Below are positions 10,267-20,649 of a stretch of 64,000 nt of DNA, piece after piece (position 1 is the first letter of the stretch; the number at the start of each line of letters is the position of its first letter). Source of the DNA: Rickettsia typhi (GTDB taxonomy: Bacteria; Pseudomonadota; Alphaproteobacteria; Rickettsiales; UBA1997); contig CAMAYG010000006.1 in NCBI GenBank assembly GCA_945862535.1, positions 5,678-69,677 on the forward strand. The letters run 5' to 3'. Under the pieces are notes generated by a model. It was not told the origin of the DNA. It saw only the letters and a list, made by a program, of their open reading frames with translations, and did not search any database. The position numbers were made by a program, and so were the translations under genes.

Positions 10267-10497
10267 GACGAAGCCAATGAAATAGCAGAGTTGAATAACC
10301 CTCCCCCAAAATTTTATTTTCTGGGGAGGGTCGAAATTGCTAGCAATTTCGAAGGAGGGGTCGGAAAACTCATCACAACCTTAGCCCTAGTTTTGTTGAA
10401 AATATTATTTACCCCGCCCCGCATCGCCAATTTATTGGCTCTGCGACCCTCCCTCAAGGGGAGGGTTGTTAGATCTCGCGGTTTTATTAGCTTCGTC
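10267..10497. repeat. family B palindromic element (CCCTCCCC..GGGAGGG), non-autonomous copy of the element inside mod
   Basis: imperfect terminal inverted repeats gacgaagccaatgaaa / ttttattagcttcgtc; segments match 39114-39350 and 39780-39990. Confidence 0.82.
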
Positions 10498-10499
10498 TT

Positions 10500-10663
10500 C
10501 CTTTCTATCGGCAACAAGGGGTCTAGCCCCTTGTCGTGATACAAAATCGGACTGTTTATGTCAGTTTCATTACAATTAATTTACACCACCTTTTTGTTGT
10601 TGATCTCATTTCGCTCACCTTCGTGACACGACAAGGGGTTGAAACCCCTTGTTGCCGATAGAA
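10500..10663. repeat. family C palindromic element (ACAAGGGG..CCCCTTGT ends)
   Basis: hairpins near 10514-10534 and 10631-10652; inverted copy at 34051-34218; partial copy at 10196-10257. Confidence 0.8.
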
Positions 10664-10725
10664 GGGGGGCTAAGTCTATTTCCGACTGCACTCACCTCTT
10701 CGCCACCTTCGCACACAATATCTTC

Positions 10726-11619
10726 TTAATCTAAGAACTCACCTTCCACAAACCTTTTTCTTGAATCCTCATCTGCAAAGTTTGCCATATATTGATCCTG
10801 TGGCATTTGCAAATTATCTGCAGGATTAATCTTATACACTAACATCCTGTGAGCATCGTGATAAGTATTACCCTTATTGTCTAATTTCTTAACAAATAGA
10901 TTATAAGTCCAATGTGTTTTATAAGTAGGGCTAAAATCTACATATAATTGCAAAGGGGCATATTTATTTCCATCATCAGAGTTATGGTTTTTTAAATAAA
11001 ATGGAACAAATAACTTCTTTTTAGCCAGATACTCTTCACTTGACATTGACGGACTTGCAGGACTACCACACTCAAATTCAAATCTATGATGTAGCTGTTC
11101 TGGTATAGGAACAAAGCCAGTTAAACAACTTGCAATAGAATGAATACCAAAAAAAACACTTTCAGGCAATTGAGAAGCATCATTCAAATATATTATTTGA
11201 TATTCTCCACCTAAATACTTATCTATATTTTGCACTCCACCTATTTGTATTCTACTACCATTTTTAAAGCTTATCGTCCCTTCTTTTCTATTGGCACTAC
11301 CTTTATTGCCAAATTTATCTTTCTTGCCACTAGTCTTGCCATAATCTAAATAAACAGGATTATTATAAGGGTAATAGTCAGTAAGAATTTTAAATAGAGT
11401 ATCCATAATAGTATTTTTCCCAGAAGCTAAACTCTCCCTAAGAATTAACACTTTAATACCCGGAAAAAAATAACAAGATTTTAAGATTTGTTCACAAATA
11501 ATAAATGTTTTACCAGACCTACCTCCACCATATAGTGCAATAGTTTTATAATATTTCTTGCAAAGCTCTGCAATAAAAGCTTTCTGTTTTGGATTATGTT
11601 TTATTAAATTTCTTTCCAT
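10726..11619 (-). CDS. phage terminase large subunit-like ATPase domain (no nuclease domain)
   Basis: NPKQ Q-motif, YGGGRSGKT Walker A, FKNGSRIQIGG, LGGEYQIIYLND Walker B-like, DFSP...HWTY, terminal RFVEGEF. Confidence 0.72.
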   Translation of the reverse strand: MERNLIKHNPKQKAFIAELCKKYYKTIALYGGGRSGKTFIICEQILKSCYFFPGIKVLILRESLASGKNTIMDTLFKILTDYYPYNNPVYLDYGKTSGKKDKFGNKGSANRKEGTISFKNGSRIQIGGVQNIDKYLGGEYQIIYLNDASQLPESVFFGIHSIASCLTGFVPIPEQLHHRFEFECGSPASPSMSSEEYLAKKKLFVPFYLKNHNSDDGNKYAPLQLYVDFSPTYKTHWTYNLFVKKLDNKGNTYHDAHRMLVYKINPADNLQMPQDQYMANFADEDSRKRFVEGEFLD

Positions 11620-11638
11620 TTCTTAATAATTTAAATTT

Positions 11639-13540
11639 CTACTGACAGGCCAAGCATTCTTCGTATTGACTACCGCTAGAATCTTGATTTGCTTCGACTG
11701 GTTGCAGTTCTGCATCGCCAAACATGTTGTTGGTTTTGGATTTGTCGGAAACTTTATCGGCTCGTTGGATTGAGGTGGAACGGCAGTAATAAAGGCTTTT
11801 GAGGTTTTTTTGCCAAGCGCGGAAGTGGATTTCGTGCAGTTCTTTTTTGCTAACATTGCCCGGTAGGAAGATATTAATGCTTTGTGCCTGACAGATATAT
11901 TCTTGGCGGTCGGAAGCGAGGTCGATTATCCATCTTTGGTCGATTTCTTGAGCGGTGCGGAAGACCAATTTTTCGTGTTCGTCGAGGAAGTCTAGATGTT
12001 GCACCGAGCCTTCGTTGATAGTAATAGAAGACCAGATATCTTCGGTATTTCTGCCTTTGGTTTCTAGTAAATTAACCAGATTTTTATTGCGAACATTAAA
12101 AGAGCCGGTTAGGGTTTTTTGAGTGAAGGAATTGGCGGCAAATGGCTCGATTCCTGGCGAAGAATTATTGGCGATAATCGAAATTGATGCCGTAGGAGCA
12201 ATGGCTAATTTATTAGAAAATCTTTCGTTGCAACCGCCATCTATTGCATCGGGGCATGCCCCTCTTTCATTGGCAAGTTTCTGCGAAGCGGAATCTGCTT
12301 GTTTTCTAATATTTTGAAAGATTTTCTTATTCCAAACCTTGCTCATCGCCGATTCCATTGACACCGACTTGCTTTGTAAAAAAGAATGAAAACCCATAAC
12401 ACCCAAACCAACACTTCTTTCTCTGGTGGCAGAATATTTGGCTTTTGACATAGAATCTGGGGCTTTTTCAATAAAATCTTGCAAGACATTATCGAGAAAC
12501 CGCATAATATCTTCAACAATCAAGCTATTATCTTTCCATTGATCGTAAAATTCGAGATTTAACGAAGACAGACAACACACGGCGGTGCGGTCCTTTTGCA
12601 GGTGATCGATGCCAGTTGGCAGAGTTATTTCACAACAAAGATTCGAGGTTTTAACCTGCAAATTAAGTTTTTTGTGATGCTCTGGAATATTGCGATTAAC
12701 AGCATCGATAAACATTATATAAGGTTCGCCGGTTTCAATTCTGGCGGTGATAAGCTTGACCCACAATGCTCTTGCCTTGATTTTCTCGACAACTTTTTGG
12801 TTATGAGGGCTAATTAGAGCAAAATCTTCGTCTTTTTCTACTGCCCGCATAAAATCGTCTGTTACTAAAACTCCGTGATGCAAGTTTAGAGAACGACGGT
12901 TAGGGTCTCCTCCTATTGGGCGACGAATATCGATAAATTCCTCGATTTCCGGGTGATGAATTGGCAAATAGACTGCGGCACTGCCCCTTCTTAGGCTTCC
13001 TTGCGAAATTGCCAAGGTTTGCGAATCCATTACTTTAATAAATGGCACAATGCCCGAAGTTTTGCCATTGCCACGAACGGTTTCGCCAATTGAGCGAATG
13101 TTGCCCCAATAACTACCAATGCCCCCTCCTTTTGATGCCAGCCAAACATTTTCATTCCACAAATTAACAATTCCTTCGAGCGAATCGCCACATTCATTTA
13201 AGAAGCAAGAAATTGGCAAACCGCGATCTGTTCCGCCATTGCTAAGAATTGGTGTTGCAGGCATAAACCACAAATTAGCAATATATTGATATAATCTTTG
13301 AGCATGATCTTTGTTGTCGGCATAGTAACAAGCGACACGAGCAAATAATTCTTGACTAGATTCATTTGGTAAAAGGTAGCGATCTTTTAATACCGCCAAA
13401 CCAAAAGAACTTAGCCCTTTCTCGTTATTTTTGTCGATGGCAATTTGATAAATCTGACCAGTGGTAGATTTGCCAGTAAAGCTCTTAGTTGAATCTTGAT
13501 TGCTGATGTTGCTAAGATTATTAGAATTAGTATCGTGCAT
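11639..13540 (-). CDS. nrdA: ribonucleoside-diphosphate reductase class Ia alpha subunit
   Basis: PATPILSN, PISCFL, SNLCCEI, AIAPTAS, KSLYY, C-terminal ECLACQ. Confidence 0.96.
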   Translation of the reverse strand: MHDTNSNNLSNISNQDSTKSFTGKSTTGQIYQIAIDKNNEKGLSSFGLAVLKDRYLLPNESSQELFARVACYYADNKDHAQRLYQYIANLWFMPATPILSNGGTDRGLPISCFLNECGDSLEGIVNLWNENVWLASKGGGIGSYWGNIRSIGETVRGNGKTSGIVPFIKVMDSQTLAISQGSLRRGSAAVYLPIHHPEIEEFIDIRRPIGGDPNRRSLNLHHGVLVTDDFMRAVEKDEDFALISPHNQKVVEKIKARALWVKLITARIETGEPYIMFIDAVNRNIPEHHKKLNLQVKTSNLCCEITLPTGIDHLQKDRTAVCCLSSLNLEFYDQWKDNSLIVEDIMRFLDNVLQDFIEKAPDSMSKAKYSATRERSVGLGVMGFHSFLQSKSVSMESAMSKVWNKKIFQNIRKQADSASQKLANERGACPDAIDGGCNERFSNKLAIAPTASISIIANNSSPGIEPFAANSFTQKTLTGSFNVRNKNLVNLLETKGRNTEDIWSSITINEGSVQHLDFLDEHEKLVFRTAQEIDQRWIIDLASDRQEYICQAQSINIFLPGNVSKKELHEIHFRAWQKNLKSLYYCRSTSIQRADKVSDKSKTNNMFGDAELQPVEANQDSSGSQYEECLACQ

Positions 13541-13608
13541 ATTTTGTTAGAAATTTGTTAAATGGCCTAGATAAAGCAATTATATTGATGCTTTAATTAA
13601 TTAGCATT

Positions 13609-13655
13609 AATCAATATATTGTGGATTTATTTTTAAAATACCGTATATGTTGTAA
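13609..13655. promoter_or_regulatory. tandem NrdR boxes upstream of nrdA
   Basis: palindromic core CAATATATTG at 13612-13621 and a degenerate second core at 13643-13652, 31 bp apart, typical NrdR spacing. Confidence 0.7.
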
Positions 13656-13709
13656 GATAAATAATAGTTTTTAGTTGTCTAGTATTTTTTAACTCTAACT
13701 AAAAATATT

Positions 13710-15185
13710 TTATTTCTTACGGAAAAACTTTGCTAGATCGCGAATATGCTCTACTGGATGGATGTTAATTTTCGACAAAGATTTACTAATATTAGCAAAA
13801 TTCTTATTTTTTTGATTTGCTTTAGGAATGATACAATCGGTAAAGCCAAGTTTTTGGGCTTCTTTTAACCGCGATTCTAGGTTGCCTATCATCCTAATTT
13901 CACCTGTTAAGCCAATTTCGCCAATAGCAACAATCTTTGCCTGATAGCTAGATGCAGTCTTAACAACAGGGGTTTTTGCATCTGGAATTTGAAAATTAAT
14001 GTCTCTTGATGCCGAAATTAGGGCACAAGCCACCGCCAAATCTGCCGAAGTTTCGATAATTTTTAGACCACCGACAACATTTAAGTAAATTTCCTTATCG
14101 AATAAATTTAAGCCAAAGCGGTTGTTTAATACCGCAACTAGCATTGCCAAACGATTAGAATCCCAGCCAACTACTGCTCTGCGAGGGTTAGGAATAAAAG
14201 AAGGAGCGACAAGAGCCTGAACCTCGGCTAATATCGTTCTACTGCCTTCCATACCAGCAAAAATAGCCGTTCCACTAGTTTCGCTTTCGTAATTATTTAA
14301 GAATAATTCGCTAGGATTAGTAACTTCGGCAAGACCGCTTTCGTTCATTTCGAAAATACCAATTTCATTAGCGGCTCCAAAACGATTTTTAATCGATCGT
14401 AAAATACGGAAGTTAAGGTCTTTTTCTCCTTCAAAATAAAGGACAGTATCTACCATATGTTCTAAAACTTTAGGCCCTGCCAATTGCCCGTCTTTAGTCA
14501 CATGACTAACGATCAATAAAGTTACCCCGTATTTTTTAGCAAAAATCGTTAGTTCAAATGCCGAAGCCCGAACTTGCGAAACCGTGCCCGGTGCCGAAGA
14601 AAGACCCTCGACAAACATCGTTTGGATCGAATCAATGACTACAACCGCAGGCTTATCGCCAACAATATTAAGGCCAGAGACAATTTCATTGACATTAGTT
14701 GTGGCGGCAAGCCTTATTTTCTCTTGAATCAGGCCGAGTCTTTTTGCTCTTAACCTTACCTGATCTACCGATTCTTCACCAGAAATATAAAATATTTGAC
14801 AATCGTTTTTTGCTAGGCTTTGTGCCGTTTGCAGTAACAAAGTAGATTTGCCAATACCCGGATCGCCACCAATTAAAACGACAGAAGCCTTAACCAAACC
14901 GCCACCTAAAACACGATCGAGTTCAGATATATTTGTTTTGATTCTTGGGAAATCTGCGGTATCGCCGTTTAAATCAACAAGATTGACTTGGTTAATTTGC
15001 TGATCGCCCTGACTCTTGCCTTTTTTACCCGGTTTTTCCTCGGTAATTTTTGAAAAATAACTCGCACCGCCTTCGGCAAATTCTTCTACCAAGCTATTCC
15101 ATTCGCCACAATCGGAACATTTGCCCGACCATTTAAAATGAACAGCTCCGCAGGAGTTACAGCAATATGCAATTTTTTTTGACAT
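13710..15185 (-). CDS. radA: DNA repair protein RadA/Sms
   Basis: N-terminal C4 zinc finger, GGDPGIGKSTL, KNRFG motif. Confidence 0.96.
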   Translation of the reverse strand: MSKKIAYCCNSCGAVHFKWSGKCSDCGEWNSLVEEFAEGGASYFSKITEEKPGKKGKSQGDQQINQVNLVDLNGDTADFPRIKTNISELDRVLGGGLVKASVVLIGGDPGIGKSTLLLQTAQSLAKNDCQIFYISGEESVDQVRLRAKRLGLIQEKIRLAATTNVNEIVSGLNIVGDKPAVVVIDSIQTMFVEGLSSAPGTVSQVRASAFELTIFAKKYGVTLLIVSHVTKDGQLAGPKVLEHMVDTVLYFEGEKDLNFRILRSIKNRFGAANEIGIFEMNESGLAEVTNPSELFLNNYESETSGTAIFAGMEGSRTILAEVQALVAPSFIPNPRRAVVGWDSNRLAMLVAVLNNRFGLNLFDKEIYLNVVGGLKIIETSADLAVACALISASRDINFQIPDAKTPVVKTASSYQAKIVAIGEIGLTGEIRMIGNLESRLKEAQKLGFTDCIIPKANQKNKNFANISKSLSKINIHPVEHIRDLAKFFRKK

Positions 15186-15225
15186 AGGATAATTATTGAT
15201 TTAGGCTAATTTAACAAAGTCATTC

Positions 15226-16611
15226 TTAGCTGATTTCTTCTTTATCTTGCTCTAATTTGCTAAATTTTTCTTTCATCGTTGGATTATTACGGATTAGCTT
15301 TTTAATGGTTAAATCATCTAATTTTTCACCGGCACGGCGAAGGTTATCTTGCGAAGAATTTAAAGAATCTTTAACATTATTTAGCTGTTTTATTGCTTTA
15401 TCGATACTATCAATTGCGGTTGTAAAATGCTTGCTTGCAAGGTCGTTATTCCTAAAAAATCCTTCCTTAAATGTATCAATTTTATCTTGAAAATTGGTGA
15501 TGTCGATATCTTGATTTTTTATCAACAACAGTTCTTGTTTGTATTTAACAGCATTTAGCCCAGCATTTCGAAGCAGACCAATGATTTGAATAAAATATTG
15601 CGGTCTAATGACATACATTTTTGGATATTTATAAGACAGATCGACAATTCCGGTATTGTAAAATTCGTTATCAGTTTCTAGCAAAGACACTAAAATTGCA
15701 TATTCGCATTGTTTTTCGTTGCGATCTTTGTCGAGCTTTTGCAGAAAATCGGTATTTTTCTTTTTTACTATTGTGTCATCTGCTTCATTTTTCATTTCGA
15801 ACATTATCGAAATTAATTCGTTTCCCAATTCGTCATAATCGCGGAAAATGTAGTCGCCCTTAGTGCCTCCTTTAGAATCGTTATCTTTTTCGAAGTAGCA
15901 TCTTGGGAATGAAGTTGGCCGAATCTTACTAAATTCGTTTTCGCAATGCTGTTCCAAAGACTCTCCGAGCATTTTTGTTGAAAGTTTTAGCTTTAAATCT
16001 TTTTGCCTTTCAATTTCTTCATTTTGGCTCTTGATAATGTAATCCTTATTTTTTAATTCTGCATCATATTCAATAGCGATCTTTTGTTTATCTAGCTGAA
16101 ACTGCTTTTCCGATTGTGCAATTTTTAATTCTAGCGAGCTTTTTTCTTTCTCAAGATTGCCCGTAACCTGTGATTTTATCAACTCAATTTCTTGTTCTTT
16201 TTGCTTTTCTAGGTAATTAAGATCTAATTTTAGTTTATTAATTTCCAGATCTTTTTCCGATAATGCCGTTTGTAAAGAATTTTTAACATTTGCTTCGGTT
16301 AGTTCTATGTCTCGTTTTTTTTGCTCTTGGAGGTTGGTAACATCCGATCTTAATTTATTAATTTCCAACTCTTTATTGGATAATAATTTTTCTGCTTCGG
16401 AAGAGTTTTTTGCAATTTCTGTATCCTTCCGCACTAATTCTTTTTGCAAAACTTCTCTGGTCTTTGCTTCTGCTAGCTTAATTTCACTATCTAGCTTGCT
16501 TTTTAATTCTTTCTCGAATTGATCGTTATGAACCTGTTTAATAATTTCGGCAAAACCTGTTTCATCCACTTTAAATGCCTTGTGACAATTTGGGCAAATT
16601 ATGTCGTTCAT
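15226..16611 (-). CDS. DUF2130 family coiled-coil protein
   Basis: CPNC N-terminus, long coiled coil, STKMLGESLEQHC, KGDYIFR, IMFEMKNE. Confidence 0.85.
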   Translation of the reverse strand: MNDIICPNCHKAFKVDETGFAEIIKQVHNDQFEKELKSKLDSEIKLAEAKTREVLQKELVRKDTEIAKNSSEAEKLLSNKELEINKLRSDVTNLQEQKKRDIELTEANVKNSLQTALSEKDLEINKLKLDLNYLEKQKEQEIELIKSQVTGNLEKEKSSLELKIAQSEKQFQLDKQKIAIEYDAELKNKDYIIKSQNEEIERQKDLKLKLSTKMLGESLEQHCENEFSKIRPTSFPRCYFEKDNDSKGGTKGDYIFRDYDELGNELISIMFEMKNEADDTIVKKKNTDFLQKLDKDRNEKQCEYAILVSLLETDNEFYNTGIVDLSYKYPKMYVIRPQYFIQIIGLLRNAGLNAVKYKQELLLIKNQDIDITNFQDKIDTFKEGFFRNNDLASKHFTTAIDSIDKAIKQLNNVKDSLNSSQDNLRRAGEKLDDLTIKKLIRNNPTMKEKFSKLEQDKEEIS

Positions 16612-16698
16612 AATGTTTTTTAATGTTGTTTTTAGAGTTGTGGCAATGCTTTTTAACCATTTCCGGCATATTTAGATATAATAATCGAACCTATAAAG

Positions 16699-17271
16699 CT
16701 AAATTACTTGTAAAAAATTAGCAATAATTTTGTGCCCATATTCTGAAGCGATAGATTCTGGATGAAATTGCACTCCAAAAACCTTTAAATGACTATCTTC
16801 TACCGCCATAATTGTGCCATCTTCGGTTTCGGCGGTAATTTTTAAATTTACAGGAAGTGTTGCTTTTTCGATAATTAGCGAATGGTAGCGAGTGGCATTA
16901 AATGGGCTTGGGATATCTTTAAAGAGAATGCCGTTACGATGAAAGATTTTGCTAACTTTACCGTGAACTGGGTGATTTCTTATTATGTTACCGCCAAAAG
17001 CCTGCCCTATTGCCTGATGCCCTAAGCAAACTCCAAAAATTGGTATTTTGCCTTTAAATTGATTAATTGTTTCGAGGCATATTCCTGCTTCATTTGGGCT
17101 ACAGGGCCCGGGCGAGATAATTATTGCCTTAGGTGATAAATTAGCGATTTCTTCTATTGTAATTTGATCGTTTCTGCGAACAATAATTTGCGACTGTTCG
17201 ATACCACTTTCAATAATATAATGATAAAGATTAAAGGTAAAGCTATCGTAGTTATCTATTAGCAGAATCAT
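16699..17271 (-). CDS. anthranilate/aminodeoxychorismate synthase component II (glutamine amidotransferase, TrpG/PabA)
   Basis: IDNYDSFT, SPGPCSP, GVCLGHQ, RYHSL, VQFHPES. Confidence 0.93.
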   Translation of the reverse strand: MILLIDNYDSFTFNLYHYIIESGIEQSQIIVRRNDQITIEEIANLSPKAIIISPGPCSPNEAGICLETINQFKGKIPIFGVCLGHQAIGQAFGGNIIRNHPVHGKVSKIFHRNGILFKDIPSPFNATRYHSLIIEKATLPVNLKITAETEDGTIMAVEDSHLKVFGVQFHPESIASEYGHKIIANFLQVI

Positions 17272-17283
17272 ATAGATTACAAA

Positions 17284-18177
17284 TTAAACACTATTGGCAC
17301 CAGAAACAATATCGATAAGGTCTCTGGTAATATTTGCTTGACGAGTTCTATTATAGACTAAGGTAAGATTTTTTACCATTTTTCCAGCATTGCTAGATGC
17401 CGATTCCATCGCAGACATTCTTGCTCCTTGTTCCGATGCAAAATTTTCTAGCATTTTACTATAAATTGTTACTGCCAAAGCCTCTGATAATAGTGATTTT
17501 AATATTTCGACTTGACTTGGCTGGTATAAATTATTGTTATCGATGTGGCGATCTTGCGGATTGCTCGCCATTTGCTCATTTAAAGGAATAATTGTTTCGA
17601 CAACCTGTTCTTGTGATATTGCACTTTTAAACTTGCTATAAATTACTTCTGCAACATCGAATTGTTGATTGTTAAACATTAAAGTTATTTCATTAGCAAT
17701 ATTGCAAGCATCGGCATAATCTACAGCTTTTTGAAAAATACTTTGATATTTTTGAACTATTTGTTGGGAATATTGAGTTTTTAGCAATTCGTAAGATTTT
17801 TTACCTAGACAAATAATTTGCACCTCTTTACCAGAATTAAGCAACTTAGCAATATGGTTGCGAGCAAGCTTAACAGTAGAGCTATTAAGACCGCCACAAA
17901 GACCACGATCGGCAGAAATAACAATCAGCAAATGTTTTTCTTGTTTTTCATTACCAACTAACAACGAAAATTGAGACATTTCTATATCGAGATCGCTAAT
18001 ATCCGAAACAATACTAGAGGCTATTTTGCCAATTTTTTGTTGATAAGGGCGACAATTTTCGACAGCATTTTTTGCTTTTTTCAACCTAGCACTTGCAACT
18101 GTCTTCATTGCTTTGGTAATTTTTTGGGTAGATTTTACAGATTTGATGCGAATTTTTAGTGCTTTTAAATTTGCCAT
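17284..18177 (-). CDS. atpG: F0F1 ATP synthase gamma subunit
   Basis: TQKITKAMK, DRGLCG, SEQGARMSAM, YNRTRQANIT. Confidence 0.96.
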   Translation of the reverse strand: MANLKALKIRIKSVKSTQKITKAMKTVASARLKKAKNAVENCRPYQQKIGKIASSIVSDISDLDIEMSQFSLLVGNEKQEKHLLIVISADRGLCGGLNSSTVKLARNHIAKLLNSGKEVQIICLGKKSYELLKTQYSQQIVQKYQSIFQKAVDYADACNIANEITLMFNNQQFDVAEVIYSKFKSAISQEQVVETIIPLNEQMASNPQDRHIDNNNLYQPSQVEILKSLLSEALAVTIYSKMLENFASEQGARMSAMESASSNAGKMVKNLTLVYNRTRQANITRDLIDIVSGANSV

Positions 18178-18209
18178 ATCTAGGTTAGTAATTATTTGGT
18201 ATTTTAATG

Positions 18210-18247
18210 AACCACTACTGCTAATTAAGTTTTTGGCAGTAGTGGTT
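18210..18247. promoter_or_regulatory. 12-bp perfect hairpin between atpA and atpG
   Basis: aaccactactgc (18210-18221) / gcagtagtggtt (18236-18247). Confidence 0.6.
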
Positions 18248-18254
18248 TTAACAA

Positions 18255-19814
18255 TTAACGATTAAGAAAGTTTTCTAAGAAATTTTCAATAAATTTCTTT
18301 AGCCTAGATTCGGTTTCTTCGCTAATTTTTTGTTCGTTACGAATTTTAATTAGTAAATCTGGTTCGGAAATTTTAATTTTCCGCAAAAATTCTTTTTCAA
18401 AATTATTAACATCGGCACTAGGAACTTTATCGAGATAGCCGTTGACTCCAACATAAATCACAACAACTTGCTCTTCAACCAGCATTGGGCTGTATTGATT
18501 TTGCTTTAATAGCTCGGTAAGTTTTTTACCTTTATCTAGTAGTTTTTGTGTTGTTGTGTCGAGATCGGAACCAAATTGAGAAAAAGCTTCTAGTTCACGA
18601 AATTGAGCAAGATCGAGCTTGATAGTTCCTGCAACTTGCTTCATCGCTTTAATTTGAGCCGCAGAACCAACCCTAGAAACAGATAGACCAACATTAACTG
18701 CGGGCTTTATTCCTTTGTAAAATAACTCTGTTTCGAGAAAGATTTGACCGTCGGTAATAGAAATAACATTCGTAGGGATATAAGCAGAAACATCTCCTGC
18801 CTGAGTTTCAATTACAGGAAGTGCAGTTAAAGAGCCTCCACCAAAAGCATCGGACATTTTTGCGGCCCTTTCTAGAAGGCGAGAATGTAGATAGAAAACA
18901 TCGCCCGGATAAGCTTCGCGACCCGGTGGCCTTCTGAGTAATAAAGACATTTCTCGATAAGCAACAGCATGTTTACTAAGATCGTCATATGCAATTAGGG
19001 CATGCATTTTATTGTCGCGGAAGAATTCGCCCATAGAACAAGCGGTATAAGGTGCAAAACATTGCAATGCCGCAGATTCTGAGGCCGTGGCCGCAACGAC
19101 TATTGTGTATTTTAGAGCATCGTTATCTTCTAGGGTTTTAACAATTTGTGCAACGGTAGACCTTTTTTGGCCAATTGCTACATAGATACAATAAAGCCTT
19201 TTAGATTCTTCTACTGTTTCGTTAATTTTTGCCTGATTGATGAAGGTGTCTATAATTATGGCGGTTTTGCCAGTTTGGCGATCGCCGATAATTAATTCTC
19301 TTTGTCCGCGACCAATTGGAATTAGGGCATCTATTGCCTTAATTCCAGTTTGAACTGGCTCGCTAACAGATTTTCTTTGAATAATACCCGGAGCTTTTAT
19401 TTCGAGCAATCTTGTTTCGGTGGTTTTAAGTGGCCCCTTTCCGTCTATAGGGTTGCCAATTCCATCAACAACACGGCCAAGGAGAGCTTCGCCAACAGGA
19501 ACTTCAAAAATTTTATTAGTTCTAGTAACACTAGATCCTTCCTGTATTTGCTGATAATCACCAAAAATTACCGCACCAACATTATCGTTGTCGAGGTTTA
19601 AAACCATACCCTTTACTGGTAGATTAAAACCTCCTTCATTGATAACTTCGAAATCTAGCATTTCGCCGATTTTGGCATTTTCGATGCCATATATTGTTGC
19701 AATACCATCGCCAATTTTGACCACCCTACCCCTTTCACTAAGATCGATGTTTAGATTAGCTTTGTCGAGATTCTGACTGATTATATTAGAAAATTCTTCG
19801 ATTGAGAACGACAT
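18255..19814 (-). CDS. atpA: F0F1 ATP synthase alpha subunit
   Basis: [30 protein letters not shown]. Confidence 0.98.
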   Translation of the reverse strand: MSFSIEEFSNIISQNLDKANLNIDLSERGRVVKIGDGIATIYGIENAKIGEMLDFEVINEGGFNLPVKGMVLNLDNDNVGAVIFGDYQQIQEGSSVTRTNKIFEVPVGEALLGRVVDGIGNPIDGKGPLKTTETRLLEIKAPGIIQRKSVSEPVQTGIKAIDALIPIGRGQRELIIGDRQTGKTAIIIDTFINQAKINETVEESKRLYCIYVAIGQKRSTVAQIVKTLEDNDALKYTIVVAATASESAALQCFAPYTACSMGEFFRDNKMHALIAYDDLSKHAVAYREMSLLLRRPPGREAYPGDVFYLHSRLLERAAKMSDAFGGGSLTALPVIETQAGDVSAYIPTNVISITDGQIFLETELFYKGIKPAVNVGLSVSRVGSAAQIKAMKQVAGTIKLDLAQFRELEAFSQFGSDLDTTTQKLLDKGKKLTELLKQNQYSPMLVEEQVVVIYVGVNGYLDKVPSADVNNFEKEFLRKIKISEPDLLIKIRNEQKISEETESRLKKFIENFLENFLNR

Positions 19815-19826
19815 ATTTATTAGTTT

Positions 19827-20384
19827 TTAGTTAAGGTTATTAATAAGAGAATTTTGCAGTATTTTGAGCTGAGATTTAAGGCTCGCATCGATAGTTTTTC
19901 CTTCTATTTCTAGGATAAAGCCAGCAGTAATGTTTTTCTTAACTTCTTGGGAAATTTTTATTTGCTTATTTGGGTAAATATTAGCTAAAATTGAATTAAT
20001 TAGAGATATTTTTGTTTCATCGATTATTTCGGCAACCTTAAGATTTGCCACGATAATATTTTGCTGTTGATTATAAAGATTTGTAAAATCTGCTAAAATT
20101 GTAGAAATAAGAGTTATTTGCGATTTTTTATTTAACAAAACTAGTAGTTTTTTTACTAAATCATTAATCGGCAAATTAACCATAGCCGTTTCTAGTATTT
20201 TATTTGCTTGGTTTCTGCTCACTAGCGGATTGCTGATTTTTCTAAAAGAATCTTGCAAGAAGTTATTTGATAATAGAGCAAGATCTTCGATAACTTTTTG
20301 CTGATTTTGTTCTTTAAAAGAAAGATCTAGCAAAGCTTTAGCATAATTTTTACTTTGATTTTTGGTAGCGATTTTTTGCGACAT
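19827..20384 (-). CDS. atpH: F0F1 ATP synthase delta subunit
   Basis: YAKAL, NPLV, IDASLKSQL; directly upstream of atpA. Confidence 0.88.
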   Translation of the reverse strand: MSQKIATKNQSKNYAKALLDLSFKEQNQQKVIEDLALLSNNFLQDSFRKISNPLVSRNQANKILETAMVNLPINDLVKKLLVLLNKKSQITLISTILADFTNLYNQQQNIIVANLKVAEIIDETKISLINSILANIYPNKQIKISQEVKKNITAGFILEIEGKTIDASLKSQLKILQNSLINNLN

Positions 20385-20649
20385 AGTAAATAATTAGATT
20401 TAGAAAATAATAATTTGTAGAATGATAATTTTATTTATTTTAAAATTGACAATGCTACAAAATAGCTAAAACAAAGGCTAAATACTAGTTTATTATTTAG
20501 TAGAAAGTAGATAAGTTGCTTATTAAGTCTAAATGTGTCAACAAATTTTTAATAAAATGCAACAGAAAGTTTTTTAAGTCAAGATAATTTTAATAAATAA
20601 TTAATAATTTATTGCTAAAAATATTGTTAAAATTGCCAAATAAAGCTAA

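Noticed and set aside
10195-10544. ORFs 10195..10539 and 10314..10544 resembling part of Mod
   Set aside because: The similarity is due to the shared family B repeat, not a gene duplication.
8420-11619. Intact prophage or gene transfer agent (terminase plus lysin)
   Set aside because: No portal, capsid, tail, holin or integrase, and the terminase lacks its nuclease domain.
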